A stretch of DNA of 64,000 nucleotides, from NCBI GenBank assembly GCA_963702475.1, contig CAVPCT010000001.1, positions 96,001 to 160,000 on the forward strand. The letters run 5' to 3'. The translations under genes were made by a program, and so were the position numbers. The stretch comes from an uncultured Thermoleophilia bacterium (GTDB lineage Bacteria; Actinomycetota; Thermoleophilia; UBA2241). Positions within the stretch are counted from its first letter, which is position 1. Every line of letters starts with the position of its first letter. The notes beneath the pieces are model-generated. The model was not told where the DNA came from. It worked only from the letters and a program-made list of their open reading frames with translations, and did not search any database. Below, piece after piece: positions 19,480 to 28,688 of this stretch.

Positions 19480-20514
19480 ATGAGCGGTCTCCTCGCGTCA
19501 GGTCGGGTGCGCACCGTGCAGGGCGACGTCGACCCGGCTGCGCTGGGACTGACCCTGCCGCACGAGCACCTGGTGAGTTCGCTCGTGAGCAAGCTGGCTT
19601 CGCCGGAGGACGACCCGTCGTGGCCGCTGTGCGACCAGCCGGTCACGGCGGAGCTGGTCGCCGCCGTGCGGGCGGCGCCGTTCTCCAGCCGAGACAACCT
19701 GACGATGGACGAGGCGCTCGCGGCGCGAGAGCTCGCGGCGTTCGTGGCTGAGGGCGGCGCCGCAGTGGTCGACCAGACGGCGCCGGACCTGGGGCGCGAC
19801 CTTTCTGCGCTCAGACGCATCGCATCGGCGACAGGCCTCAGTGTGGTCGCCGCCTGCGGCGTCTACCAGCCGTTGCTCGCAGAAGGGCTGGAGGGGGGCG
19901 ACCCGGACTCCCTGGCGGCCGCATGGGTGGAGCAGCTGACCGCCGACCTCGCCGCGGGCGGCGTCCCCTGCGGGGTGATCGGCGAGATCGCCGTGTCGGC
20001 GCGGCCGGGGCCGGCGGAGCGCGTCGCTCTGCTGGCGGCCGCACGCGCCCACGGCGCGAGCGGGGCGCCCGTCTCACTGCACGCCGTGCTGCCCGAGACG
20101 GCGTTCGCGGCACTCGACCTTCTCGCCGCGGAGGGCGTTCCACCGGGGCGCGTGGCCGTGAGCCACGCCGACTCGCTCGTCGATCGCGGCTACGAACGCG
20201 AGCTCGCCGCACGCGGCGTGTTCGTGGAGTTCGACTACTTCGGCTGGCACCGCGTCGCCGGTCCAGACGTCAACGGCGAGGGTGACCGCGAGCGGGTGGC
20301 CGCCGCCGCCGCACTCATCCGCAGCGGCGCGGCCGGGCAGGTGCTCCTGTCGCAGGACGTGGTCACCCGTATCCAGTGCACGAGCTTCGGCGGCGGGGGG
20401 TACGTGCACCTGCTTCGGGGCCTGGCGCCATGGTTCGAGGAGGACGGCGTGAGCCGGGACGAGCTGCGTCGCGTCATGACCGAGAACCCCGCCGCCTGGC
20501 TCGCCTGGTCCTGA
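19480..20514 (+). CDS. Phosphotriesterase-homology (PHP/PTE family) metallohydrolase
   Basis: LGLTLPHEHL, GVIGEI (Glu bridging ligand), SLH, SHAD, LSQD, NPA; TATCAT-N7-ATG leaderless start. Confidence 0.85.
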   Translation: MSGLLASGRVRTVQGDVDPAALGLTLPHEHLVSSLVSKLASPEDDPSWPLCDQPVTAELVAAVRAAPFSSRDNLTMDEALAARELAAFVAEGGAAVVDQTAPDLGRDLSALRRIASATGLSVVAACGVYQPLLAEGLEGGDPDSLAAAWVEQLTADLAAGGVPCGVIGEIAVSARPGPAERVALLAAARAHGASGAPVSLHAVLPETAFAALDLLAAEGVPPGRVAVSHADSLVDRGYERELAARGVFVEFDYFGWHRVAGPDVNGEGDRERVAAAAALIRSGAAGQVLLSQDVVTRIQCTSFGGGGYVHLLRGLAPWFEEDGVSRDELRRVMTENPAAWLAWS

Positions 20515-20639
20515 GTGCCCCGGCCTCCGTACGCGCGGCGGGCGGGGAAGGCCGAAGGAGCCTTCCCCGCCCGCCTGGTGCCCCGGCCGCCCCGCCTGGG
20601 GGGTGGGGCGGGGCGGCCGGGGCGGTCTCGTTCTGATCG

Positions 20640-21233
20640 TCAGCTGCGCTCCACCTCGGCGGCGCGGCCGGCGGCGACGTAGTAGGCCGCCACGATGAGC
20701 GCCACGAGGAACGGGGTGGCCAGCAGCATGAGCGCGCCGTTCGCCAGAGAGCCGATGACCACGCCGATGATCACCAGGGCGACGTGCTCCCAGAAGGCGC
20801 CCTTCACGACGCGGTAGCTCTCGCCCATGGCGTCGCCGAAGCCCATCTTGCGGTCGACCATGACCGGGAACACGTAGAGCCAGATCGCCGCGAGCAGGAT
20901 CCCGCCGACGATGGTCAGCGAAGCCAGGCCGATCAGGATGGCCAGCACCCAGAAGGCTCCGAAGAAGGACCAGAACCGGTTGAACTGGCCGAACACATCG
21001 CCGACGTGCGGCGTGCGCCCGTCGCGGACGCGCCCCACGACCATGCCGTAGAGGCCGCCGATCAGGGGCCCGGCGAGGATGCCGATGGTCAGTATGCTCA
21101 GGACTGTCGCGACGATGGTGCCGATGATCAGGACCCCGAGGTCCTTCACGAACAGGCGCCAGCCCTGCTTGAAGGCGACGCCGAAGTCGAAACTCGGTCT
21201 TCCTGCATCTGTGGTGGTGACGACGGTGCTCAT
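20640..21233 (-). CDS. Integral membrane hypothetical protein
   Basis: 4-5 hydrophobic helices; RBS AGGAGG; high-GC3 codon usage. Confidence 0.75.
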   Translation of the reverse strand: MSTVVTTTDAGRPSFDFGVAFKQGWRLFVKDLGVLIIGTIVATVLSILTIGILAGPLIGGLYGMVVGRVRDGRTPHVGDVFGQFNRFWSFFGAFWVLAILIGLASLTIVGGILLAAIWLYVFPVMVDRKMGFGDAMGESYRVVKGAFWEHVALVIIGVVIGSLANGALMLLATPFLVALIVAAYYVAAGRAAEVERS

Positions 21234-21431
21234 GATGTCCTCCTGTCGGTCGTCTATCTGGTGTGAGCCTAGAGGAGGGGCCGGCGGGCGTCGTCACACC
21301 GGCGGAGGAACCCGTGTCGGCCGCAGGGGGCATCTTGCGGCGGCCGTTCTGACCCCCGCGGGGGTACGCGTCGTCCCCGCGGGGGACGGCCGGCCCGGGC
21401 GCCGTGACGACGGCCCGGGCCGGCCGCCGAC

Positions 21432-22268
21432 TCAGAACGCCATGCGGTAGGTGTTGGGCCACTGGCCCGGGCCCATGCCCTTGCTCAGCGCCAGCGCGGT
21501 GGCGCGGATCTGCGCCCAGCCGTCGTAGATGCTCTCGTGCCGCCACGGGTTCCAGTGGCGTGCCCACTCGCTGTGCGTGTACTGGAAGAGGCCGTTGTAG
21601 ATGCCGCCCACGACTCGGGGGTTCCCGCCGGATTCCAGCATCATCATGCGATACAAGCCGCCGGGGTCCACGCCGTACTTCTCGCCGGCGATACGGATGA
21701 GCGGGCGCCAGGTGTGGGTCCTCGCCCAGCGCGCGATCTGCTCGCGACGGTGGATGCGGTCCGTCAGGCGCTCGAGCTTGTCCGTCCAGCGTTGCACCTG
21801 ACGTCTGGTCGTCGCGACACGCGTCTGCAGGGCGGACAGTTCGTCGGATGTGACCACGCCGTCGGCGAGCAGGCGCTCGGCGAGCGCCGGATCCATGCCC
21901 GCCGGCACCACGCCGGCCGGCGCTGCGGGTGCACCTGCGGACGGAGTGGGCGTGGCTGACGGAGCAGGTGGGGTAGCGGAAGGCGTCGGCGTGGCGGCCG
22001 GCGCTGAGGGTGCGGCGCTCGCCTCGGGCGAAGAGCCGGCGCCTTGACGGGCCGCGATCTCGCGGGCGGCGGCGAGGTCGGCAGCCGCGTCGCGGGCGCG
22101 TTCTCGCGCCTGGGAGAGGTGGCTGCGGACGCTGGCCCGCTCCTGTCGGAGCTGTGCGGTGGTGGGGGCGGTGACGGTGGCGGCGGAGGCCGCTGGGGCG
22201 AGGGTGGCGGCGGCCGTCAAGGCGACGACGGCCAGGGCGGTGAGGGTGAGAGCTGTCCTGCGATACAC
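21432..22268 (-). CDS. Secreted lytic transglycosylase (SLT/Rpf-like C-terminal domain, Pro/Ala/Thr linker, coiled coil)
   Basis: Signal peptide ending AASA; KYGVD...[10 protein letters not shown] (catalytic Glu), GLFQY, GQWP. Confidence 0.8.
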   Translation of the reverse strand: MYRRTALTLTALAVVALTAAATLAPAASAATVTAPTTAQLRQERASVRSHLSQARERARDAAADLAAAREIAARQGAGSSPEASAAPSAPAATPTPSATPPAPSATPTPSAGAPAAPAGVVPAGMDPALAERLLADGVVTSDELSALQTRVATTRRQVQRWTDKLERLTDRIHRREQIARWARTHTWRPLIRIAGEKYGVDPGGLYRMMMLESGGNPRVVGGIYNGLFQYTHSEWARHWNPWRHESIYDGWAQIRATALALSKGMGPGQWPNTYRMAF

Positions 22269-22621
22269 GGTGTCCCTTCGACGGGGTTCCCCAGCGGGCA
22301 GCGGCTCGGCCTGTACCCGGCGGGCTGGCGCGACACGCGGGCGCGCCTCGCCCGTACGGCGTGACCGTCACACACAAGAAGGGGGACGAATCTGCGGGGG
22401 GAGGGACGCGCGGGGCGTCGCGATCTCTGAGATCCGTGGCCCAGTCAACCGTGTTCGCGTCCGCACTGCAACCCGGCTGGTGCGTACGGCTTCGGTCGAA
22501 CGGGCAGCCAGATGGGGATCGCCACAGTGGGAAGCGGCGCTCGACGGCGCCGAACGGGGACGCGCTCCTGGCCTGTAGACTTGACCTCAGCATCAGCCCC
22601 CCGACAGGAGAGGAGCCGACC

Positions 22622-23197
22622 ATGCCGAGCTTGAAGGGCAGCGAGACCGAGAAGAACCTGCTGAAGGCGTTCGCCGGCGAGAGCCAGGCGCGCAACCGGT
22701 ATACATTCTTCGCCAAGGCGGCCGTCAAGGAGGGGTACGAGCAGATCGGCGCCCTCTTCCTCGAGACGGCCGAGAACGAGGCCCAGCACGCCAAGGTGTT
22801 CTTCAAGCACCTCGAGGGCGGGCCGGTGGAGATCACCGCCACCTATCCGGCCGGGGTCATCGGGGCGACGACGGAGAACCTGGCGGCCGCGGCCGACGGG
22901 GAGAACGAGGAGTGGACGCAGCTGTACCCGGCGTTCGCCGACGTGGCCGAGGCCGAAGGCTTCACGGCCGTCGCGACCTCGTTCCGGCAGATCGCCAAGG
23001 TCGAGGCCAAGCACGAGCAGCGCTACCGCAAGCTGCTGGCCAACATCGAGCGCGGCCACGTGTTTGAGAAGGCCGACCCGGTCAGCTGGGTCTGCCGCAA
23101 GTGCGGTTACGTGCACCAGGGAACGAAGGCGCCCAAGGTGTGCCCCGCCTGCCAGCACCCGCAGGCCTACTTCGAGGTGTACGCCGAGAACTACTGA
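22622..23197 (+). CDS. rbr: Rubrerythrin
   Basis: [34 protein letters not shown]; rubredoxin domain CRKCG...CPACQHP; RBS AGGAG. Confidence 0.95.
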   Translation: MPSLKGSETEKNLLKAFAGESQARNRYTFFAKAAVKEGYEQIGALFLETAENEAQHAKVFFKHLEGGPVEITATYPAGVIGATTENLAAAADGENEEWTQLYPAFADVAEAEGFTAVATSFRQIAKVEAKHEQRYRKLLANIERGHVFEKADPVSWVCRKCGYVHQGTKAPKVCPACQHPQAYFEVYAENY

Positions 23198-23680
23198 GCC
23201 GGCAACGGCACGCCCGTGTGCGGCGGGCCCGCCGGCGAAAGGGTTGACGCTGCAGGCGCCGAGAACCGTCGCCATGAGCACGAGCGCGCAGAGCGCCCCC
23301 AGCGCCGCGCTCCCGCGCGACCGGATCGGCGCCCTCCCTGCCGTTCCGCGTGTGACGTCCCTCCAGCCGCCCACGGCGCGCCTCCCCGACGGTCCCCGTG
23401 CCGCGTTACCTCGGGGTTCCCCGCGTGGCCCCCGCGGCACCGTTCGGGCGCCACGGCGGGACGGTGGAGGCGGCGGGGGGGTGGAAGCGGCGGTGGGACG
23501 GCAGGGCCTGACTCGGCCGTCGGCAGGACAACGTGAGTACGCATGCGTCGAGCGCGGCAGGCGGCGTGCCCATTGAACGAGGCGGCGAGCCCCCGGAGGT
23601 CCTGAGGGCTCGCCACGTTCCAGCCGAGCGGCTCGGTCGGCGCGCCGGCCGCCGGCCGGGCGGCGCGCCTCGGCGGTAGG

Positions 23681-24487
23681 CTACTCGAGCACCACGAGGG
23701 CGTCGGCCGTGAGCTCGTACTCCTCGTCCTCGTTGAGGTCGTGCACACGGATGCGCTCGAGCTCGCCCTCGCCCTTGAGCTCGAGCGGCTGCGCCTCCGT
23801 GAGCAGCTTCACGTCGGAGAGACGCAGGGCCGAGCGCACGGCGCTGCTCACGCTCGGCTCCTTGCCGGTGGTCATGAGCACCACGCGGCCGGTGTGGTCG
23901 GTGAGGTCGATGGCGACCTGCGCAGACGCGTCGCCGGTGTCCAGCACCACCACGCGTTGGCCGGCCAGCTCGGAGAGGTCGGCCAGCTTCGTGTACACGC
24001 CCTTGCCCTCGTAGTCGGCGAGATTGCTGATCTCGACCTCGACGACCGCGGCGGGCCTGGGGTGGCAGCTCTTCTCGACGGGCGTCGTGGTGGCGTCCTC
24101 GGGCTTGACGCCCTCGCGCCAGTTCTTGATGGCCTCGTGCAGGGCGTCGGCTGCCAGGTTGCTGCAGTGCATCTTGATGGGCGGCAGGCCGTCGAGCGCG
24201 TCGGCCACGTCGCCGCGCGACACCTTGAGCGCTTCGTCGAGCTTCATGCCCACCACGAGCTCGGTGACCATGCTCGAGGTCGCGACCGCAGACCCGCAGC
24301 CGAAGGTCTGGAACTTGATGTCCTCGATGCGGTCGTCGGGGGTGACCTTGATGTAGATGTCCATCATGTCGCCGCACACGGGGTTGCCGACGCGGCCGAC
24401 GGCGACGTTCTCGCCCTCCAGCGTGCCGACGTTGCGCGGGTTGCGGAAGTGCTCGAGTGTCTTCTCGCTGTACTGGGTCGATTTCAT
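23681..24487 (-). CDS. iscU: IscU/NifU-N Fe-S scaffold fused to a degenerate thioredoxin-reductase NADP(H)-binding-like domain
   Basis: YSEKTLEHFRNPRNVG, GNPVCGD, FGCGSA, KMHCSNLA; C-terminal ~120 aa YEGKGVY...AGQRVVVLDTGDASAQVAIDL...RVVL...ELTADALVV. Confidence 0.85.
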   Translation of the reverse strand: MKSTQYSEKTLEHFRNPRNVGTLEGENVAVGRVGNPVCGDMMDIYIKVTPDDRIEDIKFQTFGCGSAVATSSMVTELVVGMKLDEALKVSRGDVADALDGLPPIKMHCSNLAADALHEAIKNWREGVKPEDATTTPVEKSCHPRPAAVVEVEISNLADYEGKGVYTKLADLSELAGQRVVVLDTGDASAQVAIDLTDHTGRVVLMTTGKEPSVSSAVRSALRLSDVKLLTEAQPLELKGEGELERIRVHDLNEDEEYELTADALVVLE

Positions 24488-24527
24488 CAGTCGTGCCTCT
24501 CGCCGGATACGGTGGGGACGCCGCCGG

Positions 24528-25715
24528 TCACACCGGGGACGTCGTGTGGTACAGGGGGCTCAGGGCGCGCAGCCGCTGGATGACCGGCGGGAGCGCCTCC
24601 ATGATGCGCTCCACGTCCGCGTCGGTGCTGAAGCGCCCGAAGGTGAACTCCAGGGAGCCGTGCGCCTCCTCGTGCAGCAAGCCGCAGGAGATGAGGGTGT
24701 GCGACGGCTCCAGGGTCTTGGAGCTGCAGGCCGAGCCGGTCGCCGCCGCGACGCCGAGGTCGCGCAGCGACAGCACCATGGCCTCGCCCTCCACGCCCTC
24801 GAAGCGGAAGTGGGCGTTGTTGGGCAGGCGCCCGTCCGGCGGGTCGAGGGGGGCGCCGTTGAGGTGCGAGTCAGGTATCTCGGCGAGCACGCGCTGCACG
24901 AGGCGGTCGCGGATGGCGCGGATGCGCTCGACCTCGGCCGGCTGCTCCGCCGTCATGATGTCCGCGGCGGCGGCGAAGCCTGCGATGGACGCCAGGTCCT
25001 CAGTGCCCGAGCGCAGGCCGCGCTCCTGGCCTCCGCCGAGCAGCACGGGGGCGACTTGCACGCCCGAGCGCACGTACAGGGCGCCGACGCCGCGCGGGCC
25101 GTAGAGCTCGTTGGCCGACAGGCTCATCAAACTGACGGGCACGGCCCGCATGTCGATGGGCACGAGACCCTCCGCGGCGACCGCGTCGGTGTGCAGCGCC
25201 ACGCCGGTGCCGTCGAGCATCTCGGCGATCTCGCGGATGGGCTGCACGGTGCCGATCTCGTTGCTCGCCCAGCCGACGCTGACGAGGATGGTCTCGTCGG
25301 TGATGCGCGCGCGCAGCTTCTTGCACGACACGCGCCCGTACAGGTCGATGGGCGCGCGGGTGACCTTGAAGCCGCTCTTCTCGAGGTACTTGGCGATGTT
25401 CAGCACCGAGATGTGCTCGGCCTCGGTGATGATCACGTGATCGCCCTTGCGGCGGTTGCGCTGGGCGTAGCCGATCAGCGCGATGTTGGTCGCCTCCGTG
25501 GCCCCGGACGTGAAGACGATCTCGCGCGGCTCCGCGCCGAAGTACGCGGCGACGCGGCCGCGCGCGTCCTCCAGCGCGGACGTGGCCTCGTCGCCGACGG
25601 CGTGCAGCGAGGCGGCGTTGCCGAACGCCGAGCCGCCGAAGTACGGCAGCATGGCGTCCACGACGCGCGGGTCGACCGGACGCGACGACTGGTAGTCGGC
25701 GTACGCGACGTCCAT
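24528..25715 (-). CDS. iscS: IscS/NifS-like class V PLP-fold protein lacking the Schiff-base lysine
   Basis: FGNAASLH, FTSGATEA, EH, NEIGTVQP, GGGQERGLRSGT, GSACSS (Cys retained), but SANELYGP replaces SxHKxYGP; TGATG overlap with dsrE. Confidence 0.88.
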   Translation of the reverse strand: MDVAYADYQSSRPVDPRVVDAMLPYFGGSAFGNAASLHAVGDEATSALEDARGRVAAYFGAEPREIVFTSGATEATNIALIGYAQRNRRKGDHVIITEAEHISVLNIAKYLEKSGFKVTRAPIDLYGRVSCKKLRARITDETILVSVGWASNEIGTVQPIREIAEMLDGTGVALHTDAVAAEGLVPIDMRAVPVSLMSLSANELYGPRGVGALYVRSGVQVAPVLLGGGQERGLRSGTEDLASIAGFAAAADIMTAEQPAEVERIRAIRDRLVQRVLAEIPDSHLNGAPLDPPDGRLPNNAHFRFEGVEGEAMVLSLRDLGVAAATGSACSSKTLEPSHTLISCGLLHEEAHGSLEFTFGRFSTDADVERIMEALPPVIQRLRALSPLYHTTSPV

Positions 25716-26077
25716 CAGAAGTACATGGTCGCGCCGGCGTCGAGCACCAGGTCGTTGAGCGTTGCCGCTCCGACGATCTTGACGCCGTCGATGAGCTCGA
25801 CGGCCTCCCACCCGAGCATCTGCTTGGAGGCCTCGCACACGTAGATGGTGACGCCCATCTCGATGGTCTTCTGGAGCATCTCGGCGACGCTCGGGAAGCT
25901 GCCCAGCTGCATCTCCTCGGCGGCGCCCGGCTTGAGCACCGTGAGGCCCATCCCGAGGTAGTACACCGCGGCGTCCAGGCCCATGGCCCTGGCGCTCTGC
26001 GCGAGGACGAGCGGGGAGTACTGCCGTTCGGGGGCGTTGCTCGTCTGCACGTAGAGGATCATGTTCTCGTTCTTCAT
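25715..26077 (-). CDS. DsrE/DsrF family protein
   Basis: PL.LA..A.AMG...VYY.G.G...LK, GVTIYVCEAS (conserved Cys), GAATL; RBS AAGGGAG. Confidence 0.8.
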   Translation of the reverse strand: MKNENMILYVQTSNAPERQYSPLVLAQSARAMGLDAAVYYLGMGLTVLKPGAAEEMQLGSFPSVAEMLQKTIEMGVTIYVCEASKQMLGWEAVELIDGVKIVGAATLNDLVLDAGATMYF

Positions 26078-26098
26078 GGTCGGCTCCCTTTCACGTGG

Positions 26099-26338
26099 TC
26101 ACTTGAGTCTGCGGATGAGGATGCGGAGCTGATCGCCCTCGTGCTCGACGCCCACGACCTCGTGCCCGGCGCGTTTGGCGAACCGCGTGAGGTCCTCCTC
26201 GGCGGCGGGGTCGTCGGCGAACACCTCGAGGACCTCCCCGATCGCGACTGAGTCCACTGCCTCCCTCGTCTGGAACAGCGGCTCGGGGCAGTACAGCCCG
26301 AGGCAGTCGAGGGTCTGTACGGGCGTCTGATCGCTCAT
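26099..26338 (-). CDS. tusA: TusA/SirA family sulfur carrier protein
   Basis: LDCLGLYCPEP (CPxP), LEV.ADDPAA..DL..FA...GHE; RBS AAGGAG. Confidence 0.9.
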   Translation of the reverse strand: MSDQTPVQTLDCLGLYCPEPLFQTREAVDSVAIGEVLEVFADDPAAEEDLTRFAKRAGHEVVGVEHEGDQLRILIRRLK

Positions 26339-26630
26339 GCCGTGCTCCTTCGGGGATGTAGATACCCAACCACCGGAGTCGGTATTCCCACCGGACCCCC
26401 AGTCGATACCTGTGCCGGGGCGCGGTGCGCCGGCTGAGGGCGGCCGCCGCGCCGCGTGGGACGTCCGGACGGCTGAACCAGGAACCGGCGCGCCCCCCGC
26501 GGCGGGCCTGGCTCCGGCGCGGGCAGGGTTCGCGGGCCGCGGCGCGAAGCCGTAGCGGCCCGTCGTCGCGGCGGGTGCGCCGCCGCGGGCACGCTCAGGC
26601 ATCGCGGCGGCCCGTCGATACACTTCGGGG

Positions 26631-27692
26631 ATGGATGTGCGCGGACACAAGCTGCAGACCCTTACGACGTTCGTCGTGCTCGCTTGCCTGGCCGGGGGCG
26701 TGCTGGCCCTCGGGCGCGCCGCGCCGGCGGGGGCGGCCCTGCGGGCCGCCGGCTCCGGCGTCGGCGTCCGCGTGGACGCCGTCCCGTCGCTGCAGAAGCT
26801 GCAGAACGAGGCCAAGGCCACGCGCGCCCAGATGCAGCGGCTGGGCGCCGAGCAGGAGGCCATCATCCAGAGGTGCAACGAGGCGCAGCAGCGTCTCGAC
26901 GAGGTGAGCGCCGAGCTCGTGACGGCGCGCCGCGACCTGGCGCGCAAGCGCAAGGAGCTGGACGAGCAGCGCACGTTGGTGGCCGGCCGCATGAAGACGA
27001 TGTACAAGGCCGGCCAGTACACCTGGCTGGACATCGCGACCTCGGCGTCCAGCCTCGCCGAGGCCGAGACGGTGATGGACTTCCTGCGCAGGATCTCCCT
27101 CCTGGACAGGCACGAGGAGACCGAGCTGCAGAGGCTCACCGGCCAGGCGCGCAAGCTCGAGCACGACGTGGAGGCCGACCGCAAGAAGGCGGTCACGGCC
27201 CAGGTGGACCTCGACGACCAGCGCGCCCAGCTGGAGGCCAAGATCGCCCAGCGCGCCACCGTCCTCAAGGACCTGGTGACGCGCATCAAGAAGATCCTGT
27301 CCGCGCCGCTGCTTCTCATGAAGGCCGGCGGCAAGGTGACCCAGGTCACCTGGGCCCAGGCCGTGCTCAAGAGCCTGGGCATGCCCATCACGGCCGACAA
27401 CGTGGCCGCCGTGGTGGCCTGGGAGATGGCCGAGGGCGGGCACTGGTACAACACCGCGTACTACAACCCGCTGAACACCACCCAGTCCATGCCGGGGGCG
27501 ACCATCTTCAACTCGGTCGGCGTCAAGGCGTACACCAGCTGGGAGCAGGGCCTCAAGGCCACCGTGATCACGCTGCACAACGGCTACTACGGCGGCATCC
27601 TCGAGGCGCTCAGCCGTGGCAACGACGCCCAGGCAGTGGCCGATGCGGTGGCGGCCTCGCCCTGGGGCACCGGCTCGTTCGACCCACGGTGA
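26631..27692 (+). CDS. Secreted PcsB/CwlO-type coiled-coil protein with C-terminal lysozyme-like (putative peptidoglycan-lytic) domain
   Basis: Signal peptide; long coiled coil with MYKAG motif; AWEMAEGG...YNPLNTTQ...GVKAY.SW..G; TACACT-N6-ATG leaderless start. Confidence 0.7.
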   Translation: MDVRGHKLQTLTTFVVLACLAGGVLALGRAAPAGAALRAAGSGVGVRVDAVPSLQKLQNEAKATRAQMQRLGAEQEAIIQRCNEAQQRLDEVSAELVTARRDLARKRKELDEQRTLVAGRMKTMYKAGQYTWLDIATSASSLAEAETVMDFLRRISLLDRHEETELQRLTGQARKLEHDVEADRKKAVTAQVDLDDQRAQLEAKIAQRATVLKDLVTRIKKILSAPLLLMKAGGKVTQVTWAQAVLKSLGMPITADNVAAVVAWEMAEGGHWYNTAYYNPLNTTQSMPGATIFNSVGVKAYTSWEQGLKATVITLHNGYYGGILEALSRGNDAQAVADAVAASPWGTGSFDPR

Positions 27693-27705
27693 CGGGTCGC
27701 GCCCG

Positions 27706-28590
27706 GTGAGTGTCCCCGCAGCCGGCGCGCGCGGCGCCTCGGGACGCGCCGTTCTCATCGTCGTCGTCATCGCCCTGTCGTTCCAGCTGGGCTCGGCGCT
27801 GGCGGTCAAGGTCATCGAGTCGGTCGGCGCCGTGGAGGCTCTGTGGCTGCGCACAGCCATCGCCGCCGCGATCCTCGCCTGCATCCGCCCGCGGACGCTG
27901 CGCCTGCCTCCGCGCGGCCGGCGCCTGCGGCTGGTCGCGCTCACCCTGGCGCTGCTGGGCATGAACGGCAGCTTCTACCTGGCCATCAGTCACGCGCCCG
28001 TGGGCCTCGTGGTCGCCATCGAGTTCACGGGGCCGCTGGTCGTGGCCGTGCTCGGCAGCCGGCGCAGGCTCGACTACCTGTGGATCGCGCTGGCCGGCGC
28101 CGGCGTGGTGGTGCTGGCCGGTCCCACGAGCTCCGTCAGCGCGCTCGGCCTCGGCCTCTCCCTGCTGGCCGCGTTCTTCTGGGGCCTCTACCTCGTGCTG
28201 GCGAAACGCGCCGTCAGCGACATGGACCCGCTCTCGGTGACCACGCTCATGCTCATCGGTTCGGCGGTCCTCATCACGCCGCTGCTGCTCCTGACGGGGC
28301 CGGTCGTCAGCGGGCACGGCACCGCCATCCTCCTCGGCGCCTGTGTCGCCGTCCTCTCCTCGGCCTTCCCCTACGTGCTCGAACTCGTGGGGCTGCGCCT
28401 GGTGAAGGCGTCGACGTGGGGTGTGCTGCTGAGCGTGGAGCCGGCGGTCGCGGGTCTCACCGGCTTCCTGATCCTGGGGCAGACCCTGGCCTGGCTGGAG
28501 ATCGGCGCGATGCTCGCCGTGATGGTCGCGGCCGCCGGCGCCAGCTGGACGAGCGGCGCCGGCGAGGAACTTGAGGTCCCGACCGGCTGA
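27706..28590 (+). CDS. EamA/DMT transporter (RhtA-like)
   Basis: About 10 TM helices; QLGSALA, MNGSFYLAI, AIEFTGPL, PYVLE, LSVEPA. Confidence 0.88.
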   Translation: MSVPAAGARGASGRAVLIVVVIALSFQLGSALAVKVIESVGAVEALWLRTAIAAAILACIRPRTLRLPPRGRRLRLVALTLALLGMNGSFYLAISHAPVGLVVAIEFTGPLVVAVLGSRRRLDYLWIALAGAGVVVLAGPTSSVSALGLGLSLLAAFFWGLYLVLAKRAVSDMDPLSVTTLMLIGSAVLITPLLLLTGPVVSGHGTAILLGACVAVLSSAFPYVLELVGLRLVKASTWGVLLSVEPAVAGLTGFLILGQTLAWLEIGAMLAVMVAAAGASWTSGAGEELEVPTG

Positions 28591-28688
28591 GGACGGCGCG
28601 GCGCGGACATGCACCGGCGGTCCTTGGGGATCATCGCAGCGCGCCGCGGCCGGCGGGCGCCCTCATCGTCCTGGATGAGGCTTCGGCG

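Noticed and set aside
22269-22621. c-di-AMP (ydaO) or c-di-GMP riboswitch upstream of the Rpf/SLT-like gene
   Set aside because: Expected from context, but I could not find the conserved cores (GCTGAA...GGGGAACC...CCCGTCAGCT, or GGCAAA...GAAA...GCAAAG). Only a GGGGAACC fragment is present. An Infernal search would settle it.
23405-23420. Fifth copy of the GTTACC-N4-GGTAAC operator (GTTACC-TCGG-GGTTCC)
   Set aside because: Two arm mismatches, far from the TetR cluster and not upstream of an intact gene.
23681-26338. Selenocysteine recoding in TusA/DsrE/IscU
   Set aside because: All active-site positions are Cys codons; no in-frame TGA interrupts these genes.
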